Positions 7,898-17,782 of a stretch of DNA of 64,000 bases are shown one piece after another (position 1 is the stretch's first letter; each line of letters begins with the position of its first letter). The stretch is taken from the IMG/VR virus record IMGVR_UViG_3300031565_000009, one strand, 5' to 3'. This stretch comes from a virus. Taxonomy: Duplodnaviria > Heunggongvirae > Uroviricota > Caudoviricetes. Under the pieces are notes generated by a model. The model saw only the letters and a list, made by a program, of their open reading frames with translations, did not search any database and was not told the origin of the DNA. Position numbers and translations under genes: made by a program.

Positions 7898-10402
7898 TCA
7901 TACCGGTGCCCTTATCTTCACTGTTCGTGAGCCGCCCTTCTTCTCAGCCCAATTGTCTTGTGCTTCATTCCATGTGAGGCCAATCAAAGGCACCTTTGAA
8001 CGAAAGGACTCAACAGCTATACCAACCGCCTCTGTAACCTTCTCCACGTAATCCGGGTGAGTCGCCACCATCAATTCATCGTGTACGTTGAAGGGGCCAA
8101 CATAGAGTGGGTGAACACCCACCGGCTGCAAGTCCCAGATCGCCCGTTGCACGCTCTTCGTGATCTGGGCACCCGGGCTCTGGATTTCATGGTTCGCGGC
8201 AGCCCGCATGTTGGCCGCCTGCATGGCGAAGGCTGCTCCATAGAGGGCCGACTGCGATGCGCCGCCGGCTGTCTGGACGCGATCACGCCGGACCACCTTG
8301 ATCTTCACGTCCTTCCAGTGCTTGGGCGGCTTGTTGGCCAAGTCGTAGAGGGCTTTGCAGATACGGTTTTCCAAAGTGAAATAGCGACGAAAGCCAAGGA
8401 AGGATTCCACGTAATTGGCCGGGTCCACCCAGACAACCTGTGTGCCGATACCCCCGGGCTGTCGCATTGAGCAGAATGCCTCAAACACCCGCCCTCGCCA
8501 CTTCTTGACACCCTTGTATCGCTTGCCGAAGGCGTCAATGGCATCACGAGCATCCTGTTCCCTGACGCCCAGCTTATTCATCAGCGTCGTGTGATCGCCG
8601 CCATAGAGGATGGCACCAAAGAAGCCTTGCTTGCCCTTCGTGTATAGATCATTCTCCATACCGGCTGTTGCCTTGATCTCCTCATAGGTGTAACCAGGAA
8701 AGAGGGCCATGCCAAAAAGAGCATGAATCTTCTTTCCTTGCTGCAACTCAGCACGCAAGGCGTCATCGTCGCACACGGCATCGGCAATCGTCACCTCGAA
8801 AGCATCGAAGTCGCCGCCACAGAGGGTGTAATTGTCCCAGGCCAGCGGAAACTGCTTGCGAACTTCCTTCGTGGCCTTAATACCCTGGGCGTTGAGGCCA
8901 TCTGACCCGCTCATGCGGGAGGAGAGCGCACCAATCACATTGAAGCTGGCATGAAACTTGCCAGCCAAAAGCAGCTTCTTATACAGTTCCACTTCCTTGG
9001 CAGCCGTCTTCACGTTGAGAATCTGCTTGCTTCGCACGGCCGCCGGATGTTTGCCCACAGGTACATCCCCCTCACCGTGACAGCGGGCACACTGCGGGTC
9101 CGACCCCTCGCAACGGGTGCAGGGTTCAGGCTCTCCGACGAGGCCCAGCCCGCCGCACTCCGGGCAGGGCGACGGCTTAATGTCGCTGCCCTCGGGTGGC
9201 GGGTCCAGAGTCACAACACTCTTGCCCTTGCAGACTGGGCACTGCTCACCGATCTCCCACTTGACAATGGCTTCGAGGTTGGTCTTCCTCGTGCTTTCTT
9301 CAAGGATCACCGCCTCGGTGTCATCACAGGCAGCCGTGATGTAGGCCCGCACCTCACTCGGCTTATTGATGTTGACCGGGCTGGCATCTACCCTAGCCTG
9401 AGCCTCGGCCAGCAGACCGTTCATACCAGCATGATTGATCTTGAAGCCGCGCCAGCGGATGCTGGCGACCATACAGGTGAGGATTGAGTCATCATCGCCG
9501 TGGGGCGGATCGCCGAAGTGATGATCGAGTGCCCGGGTGTAGACAATATCGTCGTTGGCGTACTCGCGGGCGTTCTCATGTGTGCGCCAGTGTTCAACGA
9601 ACCTGTGGATCACGCCGGGCCAGGCGTAACCTTTGACTCGCACCTCGCCTTTAGGAGTTTTGCCCCAGATGGCCCAATCCTTCTCCGGCGTGGAGATGGC
9701 CAGGGCGGTAGGGGCGTAGCCCAACTCAATAGGTCGCCAATCCGTAGGTGGTTCCACATCCTTGTAGTGAAACTTGGGCTTCAACTTCAGAACATGCTCA
9801 GCCAAAAACTTCAAGCCGCCGGCCGGGTTGAACCGAAGCACCACGTCCTTGAAATCCGGGTCGATGTCGCCATAGCGGTCATGGCGGTCAAAGACCTGCC
9901 ACTTGGGAGCCTCTGGATCGCTGGACTTGGCAAAGTAGATGTTGTCCAGTTCGATCCGTTTTTCCAACTCGGCCGCCAGAGCATAAGCTAGTGCGATGGG
10001 CACCCGCTTGATGCGGACATCATTGCGGCTCATAAGCGATTGCATCGGACCCTTGCGGCTGTGCATCAGCAAGTCAAGGGCGCTGTACGGCTTGACGCAG
10101 GGGCCATTTTGCGCGGCCGGCTCCAGCATAGCGATCTCGTTGACGTGCTCGATGGGTAGCCACTCGGGATCGCAGAGCCGGAGAATGGTGTAGAGTTTCG
10201 TGATATGGAACCAATCGAACGAGAGGTTGAAGCCCACAACGATATTCTCACAGAACCACTCGATCAGAACCAATGTCTCTCGCACTGTCTGATGCCACAC
10301 CTCATACAAATGAATGGGTCCATCTTCTAGCGCGTATTGCAGGAGAACCGGCATCCCATGCAGCCCACACGTCTCAGAATCAAGGTAGACTTTTCTAGGC
10401 AT
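7898..10402 (-). CDS. family A DNA polymerase with 3'-5' exonuclease
   Basis: YLDSETCGL is the Exo I motif. DFDAFEVTIA matches motif A and NVHDELMV matches motif C. An insertion carries four CxxC pairs. The likely start is MPRKVYLDSE at 10402; the ORF track extends to 10570. Confidence 0.7.
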   Translation of the reverse strand: MPRKVYLDSETCGLHGMPVLLQYALEDGPIHLYEVWHQTVRETLVLIEWFCENIVVGFNLSFDWFHITKLYTILRLCDPEWLPIEHVNEIAMLEPAAQNGPCVKPYSALDLLMHSRKGPMQSLMSRNDVRIKRVPIALAYALAAELEKRIELDNIYFAKSSDPEAPKWQVFDRHDRYGDIDPDFKDVVLRFNPAGGLKFLAEHVLKLKPKFHYKDVEPPTDWRPIELGYAPTALAISTPEKDWAIWGKTPKGEVRVKGYAWPGVIHRFVEHWRTHENAREYANDDIVYTRALDHHFGDPPHGDDDSILTCMVASIRWRGFKINHAGMNGLLAEAQARVDASPVNINKPSEVRAYITAACDDTEAVILEESTRKTNLEAIVKWEIGEQCPVCKGKSVVTLDPPPEGSDIKPSPCPECGGLGLVGEPEPCTRCEGSDPQCARCHGEGDVPVGKHPAAVRSKQILNVKTAAKEVELYKKLLLAGKFHASFNVIGALSSRMSGSDGLNAQGIKATKEVRKQFPLAWDNYTLCGGDFDAFEVTIADAVCDDDALRAELQQGKKIHALFGMALFPGYTYEEIKATAGMENDLYTKGKQGFFGAILYGGDHTTLMNKLGVREQDARDAIDAFGKRYKGVKKWRGRVFEAFCSMRQPGGIGTQVVWVDPANYVESFLGFRRYFTLENRICKALYDLANKPPKHWKDVKIKVVRRDRVQTAGGASQSALYGAAFAMQAANMRAAANHEIQSPGAQITKSVQRAIWDLQPVGVHPLYVGPFNVHDELMVATHPDYVEKVTEAVGIAVESFRSKVPLIGLTWNEAQDNWAEKKGGSRTVKIRAPV

Positions 10403-10913
10403 GATAAAGCTGGTCGTCGTACTCACCAATGAACCGCAGGATTTCCCGCTCGTCTTGAACGACCCGCCGGGCATTTTCCGCGCCGCTGGCATCAACTTCG
10501 GCACAACACTCGCACAGCACCTCCAGGGCAATGGCGTAAGTCTTCCAGTGGTCTCTCGCGTAGGTAGCAAACATCAAGGCGACCGTTGAAGCGGCCGTCT
10601 GGTTGACAAGCTGCGAAGCCAGGACATCCCAACTTTCCGAAACTTTCTCTGCTTGCGTACAAAGATTGACAAGCTGCGGAGCCAGGACATCCCAACTTTC
10701 CGTAACTTTCTCTGCTTGCATACAAAGATTGCAGGCCGCCTCCTGAAGAGACAGATTGGCCTCCTGACAAATGGTCAACTCCATCTGGCAAGAAGCCAAA
10801 GCCATTCGATATTGCTCAATCTCGCGCCGTTTGCGTGCAAACAGGAGGAGGAAGTAGATGCCGCACAAAGTCACAAGTGTGCAGGCGCAGATTGTGAGCA
10901 CAGTTGTCATCAT
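10395..10913 (-). CDS. coiled-coil protein with 21-aa tandem repeat and N-terminal TM
   Basis: CTQAEKVSESWDVLASQLVN is repeated. It is encoded by a 63-bp tandem duplication. Confidence 0.35.
   Translation of the reverse strand: MMTTVLTICACTLVTLCGIYFLLLFARKRREIEQYRMALASCQMELTICQEANLSLQEAACNLCMQAEKVTESWDVLAPQLVNLCTQAEKVSESWDVLASQLVNQTAASTVALMFATYARDHWKTYAIALEVLCECCAEVDASGAENARRVVQDEREILRFIGEYDDQLYHA
10605..10730. repeat. 63-bp tandem duplication (2 copies)
   Basis: gacaagctgcg(a/g)agccaggacatcccaactttccg(a/t)aactttctctgcttgc(g/a)tacaaagatt occurs twice in succession. Confidence 0.8.
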
Positions 10914-10949
10914 AGGGGTTTCTCCATCGGGTAGATAAGGGCAACGACG

Positions 10950-11348
10950 TTAGAACACGTCGAGATGCCATTCTTTGCCACGCACCGATGCGGACAGGAC
11001 TACGCCCGTCTCGAACACCGCGTTGCGGAATACAATGACAAGTCGCCTGGCAGGGCCGATCCATGCCTGCCGCTTGTCATCACGGTCGAGAGCACTGAAT
11101 GAGTGATCCAGCAAACCGACCGTGGCCGTATGAAGTCGCGGATCGGTTCCCGAAACTTCAACATACTGCCTAGTGGGATCGACGATTACCAACTCGTAGA
11201 TGCCGTTGTCGGTCTCGATCAGAATCGTGTCACCAACATGCCGCTGGCGAATGTCGATGCCTTGCTTCGAGTGGTCAATAACGGATTGCAGTGGCGGTGT
11301 GACGGCCTCTCCCTGAGCGTCGTCGTAGGGCTCGAAGTTGTCGTGCAT
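10950..11348 (-). CDS. hypothetical protein
   Basis: ORF starting at MHDNFEPYDD, ~10 nt downstream of promoter-like element 3. The track's upstream ATG at 11378 lies inside the element. Confidence 0.3.
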   Translation of the reverse strand: MHDNFEPYDDAQGEAVTPPLQSVIDHSKQGIDIRQRHVGDTILIETDNGIYELVIVDPTRQYVEVSGTDPRLHTATVGLLDHSFSALDRDDKRQAWIGPARRLVIVFRNAVFETGVVLSASVRGKEWHLDVF

Positions 11349-11356
11349 GTTAGGTC

Positions 11357-11402
11357 CCTCTACAAGAGTCGGGGTCAATTTGCCGCTGGGTGGGTCACTT
11401 TC
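11357..11402 (-). promoter_or_regulatory. phage promoter-like element copy 3 (variant CTCTTGTAGAG)
   Basis: Plus strand reads ctctacaagagtcggggtcaatttgccgctgggtgggtcac. Confidence 0.5.
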
Positions 11403-12208
11403 TCCATATCAGCGGTCAATTCCTCATTCGTGATATGACCGGCACACCATGCCCCCACCCTTGTTGGGAGGCCCGTGATGCCCAATTCCAACATCTTGGA
11501 GACCATCTGATTGATCTCCTCGCGGTTCCGCACGCGGTTGATCCGCTTGGCCGACTTCTGAAAGGGGCGAAAGCCTTTTCGCCGCCCCGGCTTCCGCTCT
11601 CGGTGAGACCGCACTAACTCCTCGGCAGCCCTGATCTGGGCTTCCTTGCCCTCTTCGATACGATCCAGAATCTCGATGTCCGCCCGCCGCAGCAGGCCGG
11701 CGGCCACCATCGTTTGGATTTCTTCCGGCAGTTGCAGGAGGCGAAGCCGTATGTAGGCCCAATAGTAGGGCCGCTGCAACTCGGTCTTGACCTTTATGAT
11801 GGAGGCCCCTTCCGGGAAGAGGCGCTGAATCGCACGAGCCTCTTCGAGAATGTTCAGGTCTTTCCTCTCCAGATTCTCCAGGAAGTTCAGCTTGTGTGCT
11901 TCCCAGTCAGAGAGATTGGCACGAATGTTGGCTGGAATGGTTTCCCAATCCAGGAAGGTCATAATCGCCTTGAAACGGCGATGGCCCGCAAGAAGCCGGT
12001 ATTCATAGTCCGGCCGCTGGTCCCACGGCTGAACGATCACCGGGTACGCGAGGCCATCCTTCCCAATGCTGTCGGCCAGTTCCTTCACGCTATCCAGAGT
12101 AAAGGCGCTACGACAGTTGAAGTCTGGGTCGTAGTAGATCAGGCTTGAATGGATGGCGAACGTGTCGTACTGCTCAAGACGTTCCATGAAGGCCCTCCAA
12201 GCGATCAA
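11375..12208 (-). CDS. ParB-like nuclease domain protein
   Basis: YRLLAGHRRFKAIM is a ParB/Srx N-terminal domain motif. Confidence 0.5.
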   Translation of the reverse strand: MIAWRAFMERLEQYDTFAIHSSLIYYDPDFNCRSAFTLDSVKELADSIGKDGLAYPVIVQPWDQRPDYEYRLLAGHRRFKAIMTFLDWETIPANIRANLSDWEAHKLNFLENLERKDLNILEEARAIQRLFPEGASIIKVKTELQRPYYWAYIRLRLLQLPEEIQTMVAAGLLRRADIEILDRIEEGKEAQIRAAEELVRSHRERKPGRRKGFRPFQKSAKRINRVRNREEINQMVSKMLELGITGLPTRVGAWCAGHITNEELTADMEKVTHPAAN

Positions 12209-12467
12209 GGATCAGCTTGCCGAAATCAGCAAGGAAGCTGCCGGCGCAGCCACAGGCGAACAGCACGAACAGGTTGACACTGACCAGAACCAGACCCAGC
12301 GCCACGCCGCACCAGAAGCCGCAACACTGATAGCACTCAAACAGGCCATGATGCAGCTTCGCGGGCAGTCGATTCTTGGCCCACTCGTCCACGGAGTCCA
12401 TGATCTCAGAGTCCACCATGATATGAGTCATGCCGACGACACCGAGAATAAAGAGGATCAGATTCAT
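12174..12467 (-). CDS. small membrane protein
   Basis: Hydrophobic ORF. The likely start is MNLILFILGVV, abutting the metallophosphoesterase stop. Confidence 0.25.
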   Translation of the reverse strand: MNLILFILGVVGMTHIMVDSEIMDSVDEWAKNRLPAKLHHGLFECYQCCGFWCGVALGLVLVSVNLFVLFACGCAGSFLADFGKLILDRLEGLHGTS

Positions 12468-13462
12468 ATCGGTAGCCTCGTCATATTGGAAACCGCACAG
12501 CCATTGATCCAATCGAAGACCCCAACCGCCCCCTGAGCGGGCTCGATGCAAAAAAAGCTGTTGACTCGCTCGGCCCAGGTGCCTGTGTTGTAAAGCCGGA
12601 GACCGACATGCCCCGCACGATGCGTGTGACCTGAGACAATGAAGTAGCCGGGATAAAGAGATGCGAGCCGGCGATTCATGGTTTTGAAGCGATCCGCCCG
12701 ACCCAGAAGTCGATAGACGACACTCAACACCCGCTCCATGCGGCCCACAACAGCCTCTTCAACCATTTGGTACTTATTGACCCACGGCGAGCCGTTTCGG
12801 TCTTCCCAGATGCCCGAATAGATGGCCGAGATGCGGCCCTTGCCCGGCGTGTCGCTGGCACAGTACGGGTCGGCTTGGTGGCCGTGGATGAACTTGAATC
12901 TCTGACCGCCGATGATCTCCTCGTGCTCCATCACCATCCGGTCGAAGAAGGTGTGGCGGAACATAGTGCTGTTGCAGAAATAAAGCAGGTCGGCGTCATG
13001 GTTGCCCAAGACATAGCGGACTCCCATTTCGGCCAGCCGGTCCAGGAGCCAAAGGTGCTTCATAATCACCTTGCTCACGTTGGCCTGCCAAAACTCGAAC
13101 AGGTCGCCCAAGATAATCAGGCGGCCCTTCTGCTCCTCCACGTAGTCGAGAAAGGCCAGAAATTGTTTCATCTTGTCGCCGACCGCAAAGTTGTCTCGCG
13201 GCCCGCCATCGCCAAGATGCAGGTCGCTCACGCAGTAGATCGGGCACCGGCTCCCTCGCGGCTCGGTCCATTTCTTCTCTGGCTTCGTGGCGAAGGTGGC
13301 TGCCTGCGGGCACGAGAGATGATCTATCATGACACTAAGGTCTCCAGGATGACGATCGAAATCAAACCATTCGCAGCACGCCACACGAAGCGAGCGCTTT
13401 ACAACATCAAGGTCTGTGTCTTCGGGCATGGCTTTGAGAAGCATGGTAACTTGCAGGTCCAT
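12464..13462 (-). CDS. calcineurin-like metallophosphoesterase
   Basis: Motifs VSDLHLGDGG, LGDLFEFW, GNHD and GHTH. Confidence 0.65.
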   Translation of the reverse strand: MDLQVTMLLKAMPEDTDLDVVKRSLRVACCEWFDFDRHPGDLSVMIDHLSCPQAATFATKPEKKWTEPRGSRCPIYCVSDLHLGDGGPRDNFAVGDKMKQFLAFLDYVEEQKGRLIILGDLFEFWQANVSKVIMKHLWLLDRLAEMGVRYVLGNHDADLLYFCNSTMFRHTFFDRMVMEHEEIIGGQRFKFIHGHQADPYCASDTPGKGRISAIYSGIWEDRNGSPWVNKYQMVEEAVVGRMERVLSVVYRLLGRADRFKTMNRRLASLYPGYFIVSGHTHRAGHVGLRLYNTGTWAERVNSFFCIEPAQGAVGVFDWINGCAVSNMTRLPI

Positions 13463-13481
13463 GAGGGTACTCGCAGAGAAG

Positions 13482-13554
13482 AGCCGGCGATCGGACTTGA
13501 ACCGACAACCGGCTGATTACAAATCAGCAGCCCTGCCAATTGGGCTACGCCGGC
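13482..13554 (-). tRNA. tRNA-Thr(UGU)
   Basis: Folds canonically by hand: acceptor GCCGGCG/CGCCGGC, D-arm GCCC-AATTGGCA-GGGC, anticodon loop TTTGTAA, T-arm GTCGG-TTCAAGT-CCGAT. Confidence 0.75.
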
Positions 13555-13558
13555 AAGA

Positions 13559-13632
13559 GTTGCGGGGCGGGGATCGAACCCGCGACCTTCAGATTATAGG
13601 CCTGACAAGCTACCGACTGCTCCACCCCGCAA
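13559..13632 (-). tRNA. tRNA-like, noncanonical (possible anticodon UAU, or a pseudo-tRNA)
   Basis: Canonical T-arm GCGGG-TTCGATC-CCCGC and D-arm GAGC-AGTCGGTA-GCTT. One extra nucleotide between the acceptor and D stems. Anticodon loop CCUAUAA has C at position 33. Confidence 0.4.
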
Positions 13633-13633
13633 G

Positions 13634-13705
13634 CTGTAGCGGCAGGACTCGAACCTGCAACCATCGGATTAACAGTCCGGTGCGCTACCGTTGCGCCACG
13701 CTACA
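13634..13705 (-). tRNA. tRNA-Asn(GUU)
   Basis: Acceptor TGTAGCG/CGCTACA, D-arm GCGC-AACGGTA-GCGC, anticodon loop CTGTTAA, T-arm GCAGG-TTCGAGT-CCTGC. Confidence 0.7.
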
Positions 13706-13721
13706 GTGACTTCCGTGTGTG

Positions 13722-14033
<312 letters not shown>

Positions 14034-14062
14034 GAAAGTCTCCTGATGGAAAAGGGATAGGT

Positions 14063-14110
14063 CTCTACAGTAGTCGGGGTCAAAACCGTCCCAGCCGGCT
14101 CACGAATTTT
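14063..14110 (-). promoter_or_regulatory. phage promoter-like element copy 4 (variant CTACTGTAGAG)
   Basis: Plus strand reads ctctacagtagtcggggtcaaaaccgtcccagccggctcacg. Confidence 0.5.
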
Positions 14111-14187
14111 GGTCGGGCGGCTTCTCTGGTTCGCAACAAGGCCATCCGATTCAGCCTTCTCGTCTAATCCAGAGACCGGCTACCCGC

Positions 14188-14391
14188 TCATGGTTTGTCG
14201 ATTCTCTCGGTAGTAAAGTCGAACATGAGAGTGTCGCGCTCATTTAGCTCGAAGTGTTCTGGAATCAGGACACGAACGGTCACGCCACCCTTGGGCCGCC
14301 TTCCGATCACGTAGTAGTGGTTCACCAGTCGCGGCTCGCAACCGCGCTGGTGAACCGTAATCTTCAGGCGGTATCGCTCGTCACTAAACAT
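14188..14391 (-). CDS. hypothetical small protein
   Basis: 67 aa, tightly packed with its neighbours. Confidence 0.25.
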   Translation of the reverse strand: MFSDERYRLKITVHQRGCEPRLVNHYYVIGRRPKGGVTVRVLIPEHFELNERDTLMFDFTTERIDKP

Positions 14392-14587
14392 GCTTCAGCA
14401 CATCCGCTGCATCATGCAGGTTGAAGTGCAATTCGTCGTCCGTGACGAACTCGACACGGCAGAGTGGAAACACGATGCGAACTACATCGTCTTCGTAGGT
14501 CGTAATGATCTTGTTGGTCAACTCAAAACTCTCGATGCACTCTCCATCCCGCCAGTGTTCGACAATGAACTTACTGTCTAGCATCAT
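14384..14587 (-). CDS. hypothetical small protein
   Basis: 67 aa, overlapping the stop and start of its neighbours. Confidence 0.25.
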   Translation of the reverse strand: MMLDSKFIVEHWRDGECIESFELTNKIITTYEDDVVRIVFPLCRVEFVTDDELHFNLHDAADVLKHV

Positions 14588-14599
14588 CTGACCCCTTCC

Positions 14600-14803
14600 T
14601 TACAGATGAGCCGGCCTCCCCGTGCGGTGGGCAATGGCGAGGGCCTGCTGGCGGGCCTTTTCCTTCGCCCGTTCGCGGCTGGCTTTGTTGCCCGACACAT
14701 AGGTGTACTTCGCACCGGTTGTGCCGTATTGGTAAGCCAGCTTACCGTTCTTCATGGTTCTGTGAATAGGCATGTCTAAACTCCCAAAATGCGGCGCGTC
14801 CAC
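14600..14803 (-). CDS. hypothetical small protein
   Basis: 67 aa containing KNGKLAYQYGTTGAKYTYV. Confidence 0.25.
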   Translation of the reverse strand: MDAPHFGSLDMPIHRTMKNGKLAYQYGTTGAKYTYVSGNKASRERAKEKARQQALAIAHRTGRPAHL

Positions 14804-15519
14804 TCCGCGCCAAAATACGATCTTGCAAATGTCCGAAGCGACTCAGCGTCAGGTGCATCGCGCAACCGCCTCAATGAATCAGGGCCGGCTAATGAGACCA
14901 CCCGCTCCAATTGCCAGCGAATAAAGGCCCGCATTTGTGCATCATTGGAGCCGGACACCATCGGCACACAGATCGCGTAGACCGACATCTCCAACGCATA
15001 ATCAACGGTTTCGTGCCGTCTTCGGATGCCAAGTTGCTGGCGGGCTTCAGCCCCATTCGTGTAGGCAACCCACTCGCCAAACACGTAAGTAGGCTGACTG
15101 TTCCAAGACACTCTCGCCTGCACGAGGTATGTATGATAAATCTTGCCACGCAAACTTCGTGGCACGAATGCTGCCACAGCAGAAAGGGTCGTTGGCGGCT
15201 CTGGCATCAAGACCGCTCGATTCTGCAAGACGTAGAATCCTGGACAGTGATACTTACTTCGTAGCAGACCGGCGATGCCTTGAGTGCCCTCATGGACCCA
15301 GCCCACTTTGTCTGCCTCCCGGTATGGGTTGCCAGACCATAAGTGCGACTCAATGTCTGTCACCACCGGCCCAAGATTGCCTGGGTTCCAGGTTGGCGAA
15401 TAAGTGGTCCAAGTCGGCTGCGGATACGATGTCGGTAGCAGGGGAAGGTCGCAGGAAAACTGCGTCAGTGCTATTACACACAGGATGACCGTTGACAGAA
15501 GCCGAACATGATTACGCAT
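14776..15519 (-). CDS. secreted or lipo-protein, function unknown
   Basis: N-terminal signal peptide MRNHVRLLSTVILCVIALTQFSC. Confidence 0.35.
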   Translation of the reverse strand: MRNHVRLLSTVILCVIALTQFSCDLPLLPTSYPQPTWTTYSPTWNPGNLGPVVTDIESHLWSGNPYREADKVGWVHEGTQGIAGLLRSKYHCPGFYVLQNRAVLMPEPPTTLSAVAAFVPRSLRGKIYHTYLVQARVSWNSQPTYVFGEWVAYTNGAEARQQLGIRRRHETVDYALEMSVYAICVPMVSGSNDAQMRAFIRWQLERVVSLAGPDSLRRLRDAPDAESLRTFARSYFGAEWTRRILGV

Positions 15520-15582
15520 GGTCTACCTCCAATGAGAAGAACCCTGCCGGGGCCTTATGGCGTGTCCGGCAGGGAGGAAGTG

Positions 15583-16893
15583 TTATTCCAGCGGCCCTAC
15601 ATCCCGGCCGCCGTCAATCACGTAGCGCTTGGGTCCGCCCCGCTCCTTCGGGCCTCGTAGCTTCACGTTCAGCCGCCACGTAACTCCATGCTTGGGATTG
15701 ACACCATGAAACCACTGTGCCGGCTCCCGATAGCCGCTGAGCGAGTTGAACGCGAACGGGTCCGTGGCGGTCCAAGCACCATTGACCATCATCTCGCCGT
15801 CAATGTCCGATAACGTGGCTGCATCGTGATGGTGGCCAACACAAAAGTAGCGGCATCGCTTGCCGCCGGCCGCCGCTCCCAGGGCGATCAATCCCTTTTG
15901 CCGGCGAACCATGCCGTACCAAGGGATGCCCAGATTGGAGCGCACATCGTCACCGTGACTGATATTGAAGCCAACACCGTTGATATCGATGTTCGCGCTC
16001 CACGCATCGGGAATCATAAAGCTGACGTTGTGCAGCCCCTTGCAGTACAGCCGGGCGACCTCGGCCACAAGGTAGTCCCAGTTGTCATTCGCCCCAAGAT
16101 AGTCCTTCTTCGGCGTTCGCCGGCCGTGATTGCCGGACAGATAGAGGATGTTCACCTGCTCGAAATGGCATGCCAAATCGCGGTACATCAAGGCGTGTAG
16201 TTGCCCGATGGCCAGACAATTGCGAAACTGGTTGCGGTAGTAACTCCGCTCGGCAGCCTTATGAATCTCCCCGCTGGTGTGATCGCCGTAGGCTAGCACC
16301 CACAAAACTGGAAAATAGAACTTCGGAGCCAGGGTGTCTTGCGTCCACTCGATTACCGTATCCACGTATCGCTCGCCACGGGCACAACTGATCGGGAAAT
16401 TGTACTCCTCCAGACCGCCTACCATCCCGGGCGTGATGACCTGATCGTGGTGTCCGTCCGAAAGGTGCATGGCACAATGCTCAACAATCTGTGCCTTGCG
16501 TCGGTACTCAAAGGCCGGCGGCAAGGGGTCGATGGGCTTCACCCGCTCGTCCATCTCGTGAGCCACCGCCTTGAAGAGGCCGGTAAGTTTCGCCCCCGCC
16601 TTGACTCGCCGTCGCTCGCGGTTCAATTCATCGTGCAAGTGAACAATGTCGGCTTCCAACTCCATGATCCGCTCATTGGTCGGATCGTAATCTTTCTTCA
16701 TCGGCTGGCCGCCCGGCTTCTTCGGGACCGGATTGTAGCCCTCCGGCCACGACACATCCCTGTGAGTCCGACCCGTTGCAATATCACTGATGGTAGAACG
16801 GCTGACACCATACCGCTTAGCGATCTCAGGCTGCGTCGTCCCCTCTGCGATATTGGCCTTGATTCCGGCGGCCTTTTTCTTCGTTAGTTTCAT
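15583..16893 (-). CDS. HTH DNA-binding domain fused to a metallophosphoesterase
   Basis: N-terminus EIAKRYGVSRSTISDIATG is an HTH. C-terminal motifs MIPDAWSANID, YLSGNHG and GHHHDAA. Confidence 0.5.
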   Translation of the reverse strand: MKLTKKKAAGIKANIAEGTTQPEIAKRYGVSRSTISDIATGRTHRDVSWPEGYNPVPKKPGGQPMKKDYDPTNERIMELEADIVHLHDELNRERRRVKAGAKLTGLFKAVAHEMDERVKPIDPLPPAFEYRRKAQIVEHCAMHLSDGHHDQVITPGMVGGLEEYNFPISCARGERYVDTVIEWTQDTLAPKFYFPVLWVLAYGDHTSGEIHKAAERSYYRNQFRNCLAIGQLHALMYRDLACHFEQVNILYLSGNHGRRTPKKDYLGANDNWDYLVAEVARLYCKGLHNVSFMIPDAWSANIDINGVGFNISHGDDVRSNLGIPWYGMVRRQKGLIALGAAAGGKRCRYFCVGHHHDAATLSDIDGEMMVNGAWTATDPFAFNSLSGYREPAQWFHGVNPKHGVTWRLNVKLRGPKERGGPKRYVIDGGRDVGPLE

Positions 16894-17068
16894 GGTGTAT
16901 CCTCATAGTTATTGATGTCGGAGAGCAGCCCACAGAGCAGAATGCTGCCTGAAGCGGGACCACAACACCACGCCACAACAGACTGTGCGAAATGCTCCGA
17001 GAGCAAGCTGGAGTCCAAAGTCAAGGCCCGCGCCGCCCGTGCATAGACTGAGATTGTAGAGGGCATCA

Positions 17069-17782
17069 TTACCCACAAGACGCCACCCCCTCGATCCAAA
17101 GCACTTCCTTCGAGTACCCCTTGCGCTTTAGTCCTGGTGTAGCCAAACAAGTATGAAATGCGCGAAAAGGAAGCCATGTCGCCCCCTCAGCTTCACACAC
17201 TATTACTTGCCCTCTGCGACTGCGGCACCAATCTGCCAACACAGAGTAATCAACATTGTGATAACGATACGCACACCCCGCTTTACAGTTATAGGGTGGA
17301 TCAATGAACCATGTTGCTTGTCGATTAGCTGCAAATTTGTAATCGACATTTCGTACATGCCAATGACGAATCTTCTCAACCTGATCGGCAATTCGACAGC
17401 GAATCACTTCACCCCAGAAACTATTAGGACGGCGACCAGAGCGCATCCATGCCGAGGGTGTTACACGAGGGGCGCTTGCGGCTGCATTCAGCCAAAAGCC
17501 GATCAGCCACTTGGCCTCCTGTGGAATATGCAGGGCTTCAGTCGATTCGACCTTAATAGGCAGCCGCAGAATCTCGGCCTTTGTTACACGAATGAGATAG
17601 TCCCATACGCCTGCAATAATTGGGTCTGCGTCATAGAGTGACACTTCATGCTGCGGATACCGAAGCGAATAGCCAGCACTGCCTGCAAAGGGCTCTACAA
17701 TCTTCTTATAAGCGGGCACGGGATAGCGCGGAGCAATCCGATACTTTCCGCCATAAAAATAGAAGAAAGGCTTACAGGACAT
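17069..17782 (-). CDS. Dam-like N6-adenine DNA methyltransferase (D12 class)
   Basis: N-terminus FYFYGGKYRIAP, then EPFAGSAGY (FxGxG) followed by WFIDPPY (DPPY). ATG at 17782 with GGAGGTGG SD. Overlaps the upstream methyltransferase stop by 11 nt, so the two are translationally coupled. Confidence 0.7.
   Translation of the reverse strand: MSCKPFFYFYGGKYRIAPRYPVPAYKKIVEPFAGSAGYSLRYPQHEVSLYDADPIIAGVWDYLIRVTKAEILRLPIKVESTEALHIPQEAKWLIGFWLNAAASAPRVTPSAWMRSGRRPNSFWGEVIRCRIADQVEKIRHWHVRNVDYKFAANRQATWFIDPPYNCKAGCAYRYHNVDYSVLADWCRSRRGQVIVCEAEGATWLPFRAFHTCLATPGLKRKGYSKEVLWIEGVASCG

Noticed and set aside
13482-13705. The tRNA cluster considered as a prophage attachment site
   Set aside because: The tRNAs are internal to the phage early region, flanked by phage genes on both sides, with no integrase or flanking direct repeat.
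14188-14803. Three consecutive ORFs of exactly 67 aa, considered as a paralogous family
   Set aside because: The sequences are unrelated, so the equal length is coincidental.
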